A stretch of 27,466 bases of DNA from a virus (Duplodnaviria > Caudoviricetes): positions 1 through 27,466 of the IMG/VR virus record IMGVR_UViG_3300020374_000027; one strand, written 5' to 3'. This document shows positions 1 to 8,018 of the stretch, one piece after another. The notes beneath the pieces are model-generated. The model did no database searches. It worked only from the letters and a program-made list of their open reading frames with translations, and had not been told where the DNA came from. The first letter of the stretch is position 1; every line of letters begins with the position of its first letter. The position numbers and the translations under genes were made by a program.

Positions 1-437
1 TTCTCCAATCTACCTTTTGGATCTTCAAAGTAGTCTGTACCAAGATCTTTTGTCAGTCCAACACTTACTGCATCTTTAACCATATCCTCCACTGGAGCAT
101 AGTCACCTTTTTCTAGCAAGTCAGCTGACTGTAATATTGCACGTTCTAGTGCTTTGTGTCTTGAAAACGTTTCAAATTCATCTAGTAACCAATTGAAATG
201 ACTTGGATCTAAATCTTTAGCTGTTTTAAATTTTATATCATGTTTAGCGTTTACTTGATCTACATCAGGCATTACTTTGTATTCTTCCATGTAGTCTTTT
301 ATAAATTTTGCAATTGGTTGCAATTTACGATCAAAACTATTTGGATTGAATATATTTTGTGCTCTCGCAAACGATTCAGCGTCTGCAAGTAGCATTTCTA
401 AATATAACTTTTGTACATCAAAACTATAATCAGCCAT
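1..437 (-). CDS. Replicative DnaB-like helicase, T4 gp41-like (N-terminal part; runs off the window)
   Basis: Not in the ORF track. Manual translation from ATG at 437: MADYSFDVQKLYLEMLLADAESFARAQNIFNP...EFETFSRHKALERAILQSADLLEKGDY...VKDAVSVGLTKDLGTDYFEDPKGRLE, open to base 1. The 'A.SV...DLG.DYFED...R' linker is typical of gp41; it overlaps the primase stop (ATGGCTGA). The ATPase domain is outside the window. Confidence 0.85.
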   Translation of the reverse strand, partial: MADYSFDVQKLYLEMLLADAESFARAQNIFNPNSFDRKLQPIAKFIKDYMEEYKVMPDVDQVNAKHDIKFKTAKDLDPSHFNWLLDEFETFSRHKALERAILQSADLLEKGDYAPVEDMVKDAVSVGLTKDLGTDYFEDPKGRLE

Positions 438-1437
438 ACATCTTTCTTTTTAAATCAATTTTTAGTTTACTTGTTTCTGTGCTTTGTAATATTGATTGCA
501 TTGTAAATAGTCTGCCATATTTTAACACGGCATCGGCCACATCTTCAACCGAATCATGCCATTCTGGAAATGCAACACTCCAGCCAAACTCAATTGCTTG
601 ATTCACCAATTTTTCTCCTGGCCTATCTCGATCCGGCACTACAATAATTTGTCTATTCAATCCTTCAATTAATTCTCGCTGTACATCATTTATCTCCGAA
701 CCAAGTATGCTTACACCAGAAATGGTAATTGCATCAAATGGACCTTCAGTTACAATTACAAACTTCCTTGTCCAATCTTGTGCGTCCATATTGAATACGT
801 AACCTGGTTGTACATCTGTAAAGTATTTTACCTTATCAGACTTTTCAAACATTCTACCTGTGCATCCTACAATATCACCTCTCCAGTAAAATGGAATTAA
901 GACTCGCTTGTTTGTGTCCCAGTACGCACTGTCACTGTACATGAAGTCGTACCAATCAGGACCAATGCCTCTGCTAGTCAAATATGTTATTAGATTATCA
1001 ATATTATTTTTTTCAATTGTAGATAGTGAATTATATTTTTCTAACCAATTTTCCAATTTATTACTTCCTTTTGGCAATTCAGTTTTGTTAAATTTTATAA
1101 ATTTTTTCTTTTCAAATTTTGTATCTGATTCCTCATGACGCATTGCTTCAATGGCTAATTTTTTTACGGTGTCATCTGGAATACCAATGTAGCTCATAAA
1201 CGTCCTCATCTTCTGATTCAGTTTGCGTCCTATCACATAATTTGCTTTATATCCACAGTTGAAACAATGATATGAGATTGTTCCGTCAGCACTTGTCATT
1301 ATGCCACCACGTTTCTTTTTGTCTTGTGTTTCACCATTGTGTACACAGCAAGGAGCGTTAAATGATATCCAACCAGAAGGCGTCTTCTTTTTGTTCGCAG
1401 GCAAAGCCGTCAGAATTGTGTTCTGGATCAGGTTCAT
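430..1437 (-). CDS. DNA primase, T4 gp61-like (Zn-binding domain + TOPRIM)
   Basis: N-terminal APCCVH...YHCFNCG zinc ligands; TOPRIM motifs VTEGPFDA and VPDRD; directly upstream of the helicase. Confidence 0.92.
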   Translation of the reverse strand: MNLIQNTILTALPANKKKTPSGWISFNAPCCVHNGETQDKKKRGGIMTSADGTISYHCFNCGYKANYVIGRKLNQKMRTFMSYIGIPDDTVKKLAIEAMRHEESDTKFEKKKFIKFNKTELPKGSNKLENWLEKYNSLSTIEKNNIDNLITYLTSRGIGPDWYDFMYSDSAYWDTNKRVLIPFYWRGDIVGCTGRMFEKSDKVKYFTDVQPGYVFNMDAQDWTRKFVIVTEGPFDAITISGVSILGSEINDVQRELIEGLNRQIIVVPDRDRPGEKLVNQAIEFGWSVAFPEWHDSVEDVADAVLKYGRLFTMQSILQSTETSKLKIDLKRKMYG

Positions 1438-1444
1438 ACTCTAT

Positions 1445-1473
1445 AGTTTACGCTCTATAAAGTACTTTGTCAA
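1445..1473 (-). promoter_or_regulatory. Sigma70-type promoter for primase/helicase, probably leaderless
   Basis: Minus strand TTGACA(1473-1468)-N17-TAAACT(1450-1445), then 7 nt to the ATG at 1437; no Shine-Dalgarno. Confidence 0.7.
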
Positions 1474-2251
1474 TCTTTCCTGTGGTTGAATCGGGGTTGT
1501 TACCCCAAACAAATCTTACATTTTGGTAAACACCGGTAAATGTAAAATAATCTAGTGTTGAACTTGCGGTGAAACTAATAGTGCCACCCGACTGTCCGTC
1601 AACGGTAATATCAAAAAAATCTGTATCATCTGGTGACGAAGCCATTGTACCCTGTACTCTAAAAGATCCTGTGAAGGTTGTTTTGTATACTGCAATTGTG
1701 TGCAAGGCTTGATTATTGTTTATGCCTGGTCTAGCATCTATAGCACCTGACTTTCTTGCTAATGGTCCACCAGTTGAAAATGTTGAAATGCTTGTGCTTG
1801 GAACAAATTCTGGATATGCTCCATCGAGTAGTTCAATTGTGCCTGCGGCCGCATAGCCAGTGTCAGAATAAGTAACTTCACGACTATTATCCGACTTCAC
1901 TTCTCGCACTGCAAAGTTGTAGAACTTAGCGTCTAATTCTAGTAGATCGCCTTCTGTGATAGTACAGCTGGCGTCACCTTTGGTGCTTACAGTAGATCCG
2001 TCGTCTAATATAGTAAGAGTTTTGGTCAAAACGGACTTTTTGGAGTCCGTATCGATCATATTGAATTCATATGTTTTAGATACTATATCCTGGGCCTTTT
2101 GATCCTCATTTTTAAATGTAAAATTTAACGGATTATTGACCCCTCTATGTAGCGTGATACGTCTATTATACACGTTAGAATTCCTTCCATGATAACCACT
2201 TACATAAGCAATTACCAATTGATTTAGTAAATACCTTGATACTGTTTGCAT
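1448..2251 (-). CDS. Probable virion structural protein (BppU-like N-terminal beta domain)
   Basis: 267 aa, T/S/G/D-rich beta-type composition; 'LHRGVNNPLNFTFKNEDQKAQDI' resembles the start of BppU-type domains; T4 late-promoter motif upstream. Confidence 0.5.
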   Translation of the reverse strand: MQTVSRYLLNQLVIAYVSGYHGRNSNVYNRRITLHRGVNNPLNFTFKNEDQKAQDIVSKTYEFNMIDTDSKKSVLTKTLTILDDGSTVSTKGDASCTITEGDLLELDAKFYNFAVREVKSDNSREVTYSDTGYAAAGTIELLDGAYPEFVPSTSISTFSTGGPLARKSGAIDARPGINNNQALHTIAVYKTTFTGSFRVQGTMASSPDDTDFFDITVDGQSGGTISFTASSTLDYFTFTGVYQNVRFVWGNNPDSTTGKIDKVLYRA

Positions 2252-2267
2252 AATACATATTTAACAG

Positions 2268-2275
2268 TATTTATA
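2268..2275 (-). promoter_or_regulatory. T4-type late promoter TATAAATA
   Basis: Exact TATAAATA on the minus strand 16 nt before the ATG at 2251; a second TAAATA at 2258-2263. Confidence 0.6.
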
Positions 2276-2283
2276 GATAGAGC

Positions 2284-2658
2284 ATGAACGAAATTTTTAA
2301 AACATTAAGGGATAAATTTCCATTTCTTAGCCTTATTCGTAAGGGGGATCTAGAATATGTTGGAATAGTACAAAACCAAGATATAAATGTCATTAGTTTT
2401 TACGATTATGGTAGATTATTTTCACCAAAAGATAAAATGTATTTTTTAAAATGCGGGGAAATTTGGTGGCACGAATCCAATAGAAAATTACCAATTAATA
2501 TATTCTTGAAAGGTGATTTTAGATATTTCCGTTCAACTTTAGTCACGCTTAATTCAAAGGATATTGAAATAGTTGAAGGCCCGACAGTGAAGCTTTCGGA
2601 AATTTCCAAAAAACGTGTTAAACGTAAAACAATTCAATTAGTACGAAAACCTACCTAA
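2284..2658 (+). CDS. Hypothetical protein
   Basis: 124-aa ORF filling the gap, divergent from the 2251 gene; WWHESNRKLPINIFL motif and basic C-terminal tail. Confidence 0.75.
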   Translation: MNEIFKTLRDKFPFLSLIRKGDLEYVGIVQNQDINVISFYDYGRLFSPKDKMYFLKCGEIWWHESNRKLPINIFLKGDFRYFRSTLVTLNSKDIEIVEGPTVKLSEISKKRVKRKTIQLVRKPT

Positions 2659-2782
2659 TTTTTTTCTTCTCAATCAATTTTGAAAAGTACACAGTCAGAT
2701 AATTGTTTTTGAGATAGTGTGATTTTGGTTTTGTTTGCTTTTTACGTTTCTTTGATATCTTTTTGATCTTTTGATTGTGCAT
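2651..2782 (-). CDS. Possible small, very basic protein (43 aa)
   Basis: Manual translation MHNQKIKKISKKRKKQTKPKSHYLKNNYLTVYFSKLIEKKKIR*; fills the otherwise empty 2659-2741 gap; absent from the ORF track. Confidence 0.4.
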   Translation of the reverse strand: MHNQKIKKISKKRKKQTKPKSHYLKNNYLTVYFSKLIEKKKIR

Positions 2783-3353
2783 CAAAACTATATTTACCAC
2801 TGTGCATTAAATTCATCTGCACAACAATTGCGTGTGCGTATGCAATGGCGTGTGACTTTTTAAAAAAATAACTGCCATCTTTTGGTTTCTTCCAAACGTG
2901 TTCATTGATATCATCCCAATTCTGTTTCATAAGATATCTTTTAGCAGGACGTATTATCGCTAGCACAGCCGCTAGTTGTTCTATACTTTTTGGTTGCAGT
3001 GTAGAGACTATGTTGTAGTGCCCGTGCAAATGAAATAGTTGGTCCACTATTGTTTGATCCTTTAACATGTCCCAATCAGGTTCTTGAATCATTAACTCGA
3101 CAAGTTCCTGCTCTGATTTGACGTGCTTGTAAATGTTTACATTTAACATATCAATTTTGAAATATCCTCTGTCTTCTGCAACTTTGTAATCTAAGGATGA
3201 ATGACCTGTAACTGGATGTTCTGGTACAGCATGGAAATACACACCTGTCTTATGTTTTTCAGTTTTATTTTCTTTTACTATAGAAGCAGGTGTGTGTTTA
3301 AATAATTTTAAAACTCCATCTCTGTCAAAAAAATCTATATCAACATCAGGCAT
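2742..3353 (-). CDS. Minimal DNA polymerase III alpha (DnaE)-like palm/fingers fragment
   Basis: Motifs in DnaE order: MPDVDIDF, HKTGVY, GYFKIDML, QLFHL, PKSIEQLAAVLAIIRP, YFFKKSHAIAYA; only 203 aa. Confidence 0.88.
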   Translation of the reverse strand: MPDVDIDFFDRDGVLKLFKHTPASIVKENKTEKHKTGVYFHAVPEHPVTGHSSLDYKVAEDRGYFKIDMLNVNIYKHVKSEQELVELMIQEPDWDMLKDQTIVDQLFHLHGHYNIVSTLQPKSIEQLAAVLAIIRPAKRYLMKQNWDDINEHVWKKPKDGSYFFKKSHAIAYAHAIVVQMNLMHSGKYSFDAQSKDQKDIKET

Positions 3354-3595
3354 TAGTGTAAACTACCCTTTCTTTGTTTTTCATGGAATTCAACAAATTC
3401 TTTTTTACTACCTGGTTTGAGTATATCTATGATATCAAGTATTTTTTTATAGCCACTACTGTTTTGCACCTTGCTGTCCATTTCAGGCATGCAAACTTTT
3501 CCAACATCTCCGTCAGCTTTTATATGAATAATAAAGTCTCCTTCTTCTAAATCAAATTCTAATTCGTCGTTACTTTCAACACGTATTCTACTCAA
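3353..3595 (-). CDS. Hypothetical protein
   Basis: 80-aa ORF overlapping both neighbours (TAATG stop/start junction with the DnaE fragment). Confidence 0.7.
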   Translation of the reverse strand: MSRIRVESNDELEFDLEEGDFIIHIKADGDVGKVCMPEMDSKVQNSSGYKKILDIIDILKPGSKKEFVEFHEKQRKGSLH

Positions 3596-4274
3596 TTTTT
3601 GCCTCCTTAGCTGTTTCCATCACAAACAAATGATCTGCTGGATAACTTTTAAACTTGTTGGCCCAATACTCAGGACTAATAAATCTATGAGTCATTTGTA
3701 ATTGTTCGTCACTAAATGATTTTAACATTTTTTTTCCTGCTGGACAACCTAGCAATAGCCATGGTGATATTTTTCCCTGTTGTATGTGTTGCACTGCTCT
3801 GTTAGTGTTTACAAGTCTAAAGTAGTCTGACCATTGTGCTTTTTGTTCAGCGGCCCAATCCATCATTGTTGCTATACTTCTTTGTAGTGCAGACTCTACG
3901 GGCTCTACTTTCAATGTGTCAATCAGATACGATTCATACAAACTGTCTCTGGCCCAATGATCCAGTTTAATTTTTGATAGAATGACATAGTCAATATATT
4001 TTTCTGGATATAACGGATTGACATGCATCATAAATCTTCCAAATTTTACAAAAGCATTGTAATACGCACTCTTACAAAAGTCGTCATATGTTTTTTCTTT
4101 TGTGCTGTTTTGATGTATTTGATAGAATCTTTGAAAAACTAGAAAGGCATTTTGTACCCATTTTTCATTCTTTTGCAAATGCCTACGTTTTGGCTCGCAC
4201 ATATGGACTTGTAATGTTCTTTCACGTGTAAAAGTCTTACCGCAAAATGGACATTTATTTAGAGTCAACACCAT
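3588..4274 (-). CDS. Zinc-finger protein (C2H2-like N-terminus), possibly gp59-like helicase loader
   Basis: CPFCGKTFTRERTLQVHMC followed by an aromatic-rich helical domain; replication-operon context. The gp59 resemblance is weak. Confidence 0.55.
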   Translation of the reverse strand: MVLTLNKCPFCGKTFTRERTLQVHMCEPKRRHLQKNEKWVQNAFLVFQRFYQIHQNSTKEKTYDDFCKSAYYNAFVKFGRFMMHVNPLYPEKYIDYVILSKIKLDHWARDSLYESYLIDTLKVEPVESALQRSIATMMDWAAEQKAQWSDYFRLVNTNRAVQHIQQGKISPWLLLGCPAGKKMLKSFSDEQLQMTHRFISPEYWANKFKSYPADHLFVMETAKEAKIE

Positions 4275-4710
4275 GCAACTCCAATAACTCTTCCAGTTCT
4301 TTATCAGTGATTACTTTGTCCAAAGTTTCAAGATCTGATTCTTTCATATTTGGATACAATTGTTGTAGTTGTTTCAAACTTTTGTTTGGCACTCTTTTCA
4401 TTGGCTTAATCCACGGATGAAACTGCGGTTTAAGTGCACCACACATACTTGTTAATATCCAACACAATTTCTTATGTTTGCTTGATAACACAAATAAATT
4501 TTTATTAACACATTCGTTAACCATTTCAACATAGTGTTCTACATAAAATTTATCTTTTGAGGATACACTAGATGCATATCTCATCAACATGTAAGGTGAA
4601 TATAAACTTTTTTCATGATTATCAATTCTGTCATAGTAGTCTTTGTTTCGAAAGTCAACTGCTTTGAGACCATTTCTAAGTTCAAAAAATTTTCTTTTTT
4701 TATCTACCAT
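4255..4710 (-). CDS. Sliding-clamp loader small subunit, T4 gp62-like
   Basis: YSPYMLMRYAS, EMVNE, KHKKL and FHPWIK motifs with a short helical C-terminus; size typical of gp62. Confidence 0.7.
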   Translation of the reverse strand: MVDKKRKFFELRNGLKAVDFRNKDYYDRIDNHEKSLYSPYMLMRYASSVSSKDKFYVEHYVEMVNECVNKNLFVLSSKHKKLCWILTSMCGALKPQFHPWIKPMKRVPNKSLKQLQQLYPNMKESDLETLDKVITDKELEELLELHGVDSK

Positions 4711-5207
4711 ACAGATCCGTAATCTATTTGTTCACACTGTCTTGATATATCTTTTACAAAATATGCACATACAGGCTTAGGACCATCAGTCAAAGGAACT
4801 GCTAACATCTGTCCTGACTTTATTTTTGGGAAGTACCATTTAACCTCAGTGTATATGTCGACTATATCTATTGGAAAAAAGTCTGGCTTGCTACTGCTTA
4901 AAGGATTAAAAGTAAAAGCATCAAATCCTCTGTCATTTAAACTAGTGATTGGTAACACATGCATTTCAGGTTGTCCTTGTTCGCCAATAAGCATCTTCCA
5001 ATCTAATGGCATTTTCACTTTGTACTTTCCAATTTCTAACACAGCCGCTGGCGCATTAAAGCTTTCTAAAAAAATTAAAGGAATGTAAAAGAAGTCTGGA
5101 TTTTCAGGGTCAGAATTATCTAAGACAGCAAATCTTAGTTTCTCATCGACCCACTCTGGAATCTTTTCTAGAGCGTATGTTCTATCATCAAGTGTTAGTA
5201 TTTTCAT
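4704..5207 (-). CDS. Hypothetical protein, possibly degenerate Hint fold
   Basis: 167 aa beta-rich ORF overlapping uvsW and the gp62-like gene; hydrophobic pattern parallels Hint domains but there is no Cys1 or terminal His-Asn. Confidence 0.5.
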   Translation of the reverse strand: MKILTLDDRTYALEKIPEWVDEKLRFAVLDNSDPENPDFFYIPLIFLESFNAPAAVLEIGKYKVKMPLDWKMLIGEQGQPEMHVLPITSLNDRGFDAFTFNPLSSSKPDFFPIDIVDIYTEVKWYFPKIKSGQMLAVPLTDGPKPVCAYFVKDISRQCEQIDYGSVW

Positions 5208-6660
5208 ATAAATCTGTGTCTATCTTTTCTATATTATACGGATAATTGGCCTCTTTGTAAAACTTTTTTCTTTGTGTGAGATGTCTTCTTGCAAATTTAC
5301 AAGCACTAGTAATATCCCATATGCTGACTGAATCTTTGTCTTCGGCCTTACGTATCCCTCTACCAATTGATTGTATAACTCGCACAAAGCTTTTTCCTGG
5401 CTCTATAAGAACCAAATTGAAAATACGAGGAATATTAATACCAACAGCGGCCACTCCATATGTGGCGATAATAACTTTAGTTTGAGCAACAGATACTTCA
5501 TCATAATGTTCTTTCCTTTCCATATTTTTTGTTGCACCTCTTATGAATACACTGTCTTTAATTTTTTTTTCTAAGATTTCTCCTGCTGATATTCTATCAA
5601 CAAGTATCAGTGTGTTTCCCGATGTGCTAATGTCGTTAATTGTTTGTGCTACCCAACTCATGCGTTTTGGATCGGTCGTTAGCCACTTTAATTCTTCTGC
5701 ATAACTTCTAAATTCTAATATGTCGTTGGTCTGTAAAACATTGACATGGCAGTTTGCTAACACACCTTTGTCTTGTAATTCTTTTGCTGGTATTTTATTT
5801 GTTACTTCGCCTATTGAAACTTTTATCCCCATGTATTCATATTCTTGTTTTGGTACTGTACCTGTTAGGCCCCATCTGATTTGACAATTGCTAAATGGTC
5901 CTGTCAGCATTCTTTTCAATACATCTGCTTTTGCCATATGGACCTCGTCTACTATGACTGTATTGATACCGTCAATAAATTCTTTAAACTCTGTTGAATG
6001 TTCGTCTTTGCTTTTTTTCTCTAAAACGTTTAGTGATTGCCATGTTGCTATTGTGTTATATCGTCCTACTTCTTTACGATCTCCATAATATACTCCTGTG
6101 TCTAAGTTACAAGTTACAAAATCTTCTTCTGTTTGTGTAACTAGACTTTTGTTAGGAACTATGGTGAGTGTGCGTCCATATGGTTCGACCAACTGGCACA
6201 GTGCCGCAGTTATAATGGTCTTACCTGCGCCAGTGGCGATCTCTTGTATGCTTTGCGGATTTTCAATAAATTTGTTTATTGTTTCCACTTGATAGTCTCG
6301 TAATTCTATAGGCTGTCCAGCACTAGGATGATTTTTTGGCCACAAAATATTTGACAAATAATTCTTGTCTATTTTTGTAAATTCTAAATCTTGTTTTGGT
6401 CTTTGATCAACAAGTTCTACATACACTCCACCATCTTCAAGTATTGGTAATATTTGGTCAACTAGATACAAATATGTTGTGCCACCAAGTCCAAAGAAAG
6501 CTATTTTGCCGTCCCACCTTCCTAATTTTACTGCTGGTAGATGATATGCATATGGAATTTGGTATTTAAATTTTTGATGTAATCGTTGGCGCCATTTGAG
6601 ATCTAAGTTCTCAAATTTTACATTCACTTGATCTTTAATTACTAATTTACAACTACTCAT
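5188..6660 (-). CDS. uvsW: UvsW-like SF2 DNA helicase
   Basis: LRDYQ Q-motif, ATGAGKT Walker A, DEVH, GLTGT, GINIP, QSIGRGIR; N-terminal GRWDGKI motif typical of UvsW. Confidence 0.92.
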   Translation of the reverse strand: MSSCKLVIKDQVNVKFENLDLKWRQRLHQKFKYQIPYAYHLPAVKLGRWDGKIAFFGLGGTTYLYLVDQILPILEDGGVYVELVDQRPKQDLEFTKIDKNYLSNILWPKNHPSAGQPIELRDYQVETINKFIENPQSIQEIATGAGKTIITAALCQLVEPYGRTLTIVPNKSLVTQTEEDFVTCNLDTGVYYGDRKEVGRYNTIATWQSLNVLEKKSKDEHSTEFKEFIDGINTVIVDEVHMAKADVLKRMLTGPFSNCQIRWGLTGTVPKQEYEYMGIKVSIGEVTNKIPAKELQDKGVLANCHVNVLQTNDILEFRSYAEELKWLTTDPKRMSWVAQTINDISTSGNTLILVDRISAGEILEKKIKDSVFIRGATKNMERKEHYDEVSVAQTKVIIATYGVAAVGINIPRIFNLVLIEPGKSFVRVIQSIGRGIRKAEDKDSVSIWDITSACKFARRHLTQRKKFYKEANYPYNIEKIDTDLYENTNT

Positions 6661-7955
6661 AGTTTTACTATAACTTTATCTAACCAATCATAATTTGAAG
6701 GTTGATGATCATTATAATACAACTTTTTTGGAAGATTATCAAGTAGTCTTTTTAGATTCTCAGTGCCACTTGTATAATAACCGCCTCCTAGGGCAGTCAG
6801 TGATGCTTTTGGTTTGATTTTTGACTTTATTAATGATCTTGGAATACGATTACGTGCAAAAATAACTTTGGTATCTTTGTCAATGTATTTGAATTGTTTG
6901 CTTAGTTGGCTTATATCAAACCAATCCTGAAAGTCATCTTCTGGTAACATGTGCCTAGCTGGTTCAGATATATCGAATCCAAAACTTAAATTTTTTGTTG
7001 CACTTATTCCATGTCGTTCAAAGCACTGTAACCATTCAATCCATTCTAACGCATCTTCTCTTGTTTGTATATCGCCAGACACTGGCATAATTATAGGCCA
7101 ACAGTTTAACTCATCCAGACCACTCACAACTTGATCTTTGCCATAGGTTTTTGAATCTATCCATAATTTTCTATGATTGGAGTGTGCCAATTTTTTTCCT
7201 ACTTGCGTAATAGCTTTAACTTGTATACCTGTTGTGCTTAGTCCAAAGTTTTTCAGTGAATCTACTTGTTCTAATAATGGTAAATGTTTTATGTGCTCTT
7301 CCCAGTAATCAACTAAACTTTCTGATGCATGATGCAATTTAATTTTATTATCTTCTAAAGTAGCTATTGCGTGTCGATAATATTTTTTCTCACGTCTTAT
7401 TGCTTCAAAATCATCTAGTAAAGTTTCGTCAACAAATTTGAAATTATACCGTATAGCTATCATTGTTAGATAGTAAGCAGTTACATCTGAATGTAAAAAA
7501 ATCCATTTCTTTTGATCACCGTCGTAGTGTGAACAGCCTGCAGGTAATCCTTTCATGTCCTTGAGGATTCTTATCAAGCCAATAACTTTTTTATCGTATG
7601 GAAATCTTATTTCTATTTTTTCAACTTCATCTGTGTCTGTGAATTTTTCAATACTTTTTTGGTAATTTAAAACTCTAAACGGAGCATCAAATTTTGGATT
7701 ATCTAGTAAGGATTTAATATCCATGTTGTATGCCTGAAATTTTGTTAGATATCTTTTAAGTATCACCACGGCAAGTTTCGCCTGTTTTTCAGTCCATGCA
7801 TATTGGGAATCTGCTAATGACTGACAAGTTTTAAAGTCCTTAGGATGTGGACTAATCGTAGCATTTGGTGTTTTAGGGCCATTAGACCAAAAATAATCAT
7901 TATATGCTAATATTTTAAGGGCTTCGTTAATAGTTTTTGGTATATCGGCTTGCAT
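6657..7955 (-). CDS. Hypothetical protein with HARP-like motif
   Basis: 432 aa; IEIRFPYDKKVIGLIR...YDGDQKKWIF resembles the HARP domain; ATGA overlap with uvsW; GGAG SD upstream. Confidence 0.6.
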   Translation of the reverse strand: MQADIPKTINEALKILAYNDYFWSNGPKTPNATISPHPKDFKTCQSLADSQYAWTEKQAKLAVVILKRYLTKFQAYNMDIKSLLDNPKFDAPFRVLNYQKSIEKFTDTDEVEKIEIRFPYDKKVIGLIRILKDMKGLPAGCSHYDGDQKKWIFLHSDVTAYYLTMIAIRYNFKFVDETLLDDFEAIRREKKYYRHAIATLEDNKIKLHHASESLVDYWEEHIKHLPLLEQVDSLKNFGLSTTGIQVKAITQVGKKLAHSNHRKLWIDSKTYGKDQVVSGLDELNCWPIIMPVSGDIQTREDALEWIEWLQCFERHGISATKNLSFGFDISEPARHMLPEDDFQDWFDISQLSKQFKYIDKDTKVIFARNRIPRSLIKSKIKPKASLTALGGGYYTSGTENLKRLLDNLPKKLYYNDHQPSNYDWLDKVIVKL

Positions 7956-7988
7956 TTTGCTCCACTGATTTTTGATAATTACTAGTAT

Positions 7989-8016
7989 ATTATAGCATAA
8001 ACGGTAAAATTGTCAA
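7989..8016 (-). promoter_or_regulatory. Strong sigma70-type promoter for the uvsW/clamp loader/DnaE-fragment operon
   Basis: TTGACA(8016-8011)-N16-TATAAT(7994-7989) with extended -10 TGn; SD GGAG at 7960-7963. Confidence 0.8.
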
Positions 8017-8018
8017 CT

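Noticed and set aside
2742-3353. dnaE pseudogene or assembly truncation
   Set aside because: Motifs are collinear with clean internal deletions, the catalytic Asps are intact, the start is coupled to the upstream stop, and flanking ORFs show no DnaE remnants.
4704-6660. Active intein or split intein in uvsW or the DnaE fragment
   Set aside because: UvsW motifs are uninterrupted; neither gene carries intein termini; the Hint-like ORF lacks splicing residues.
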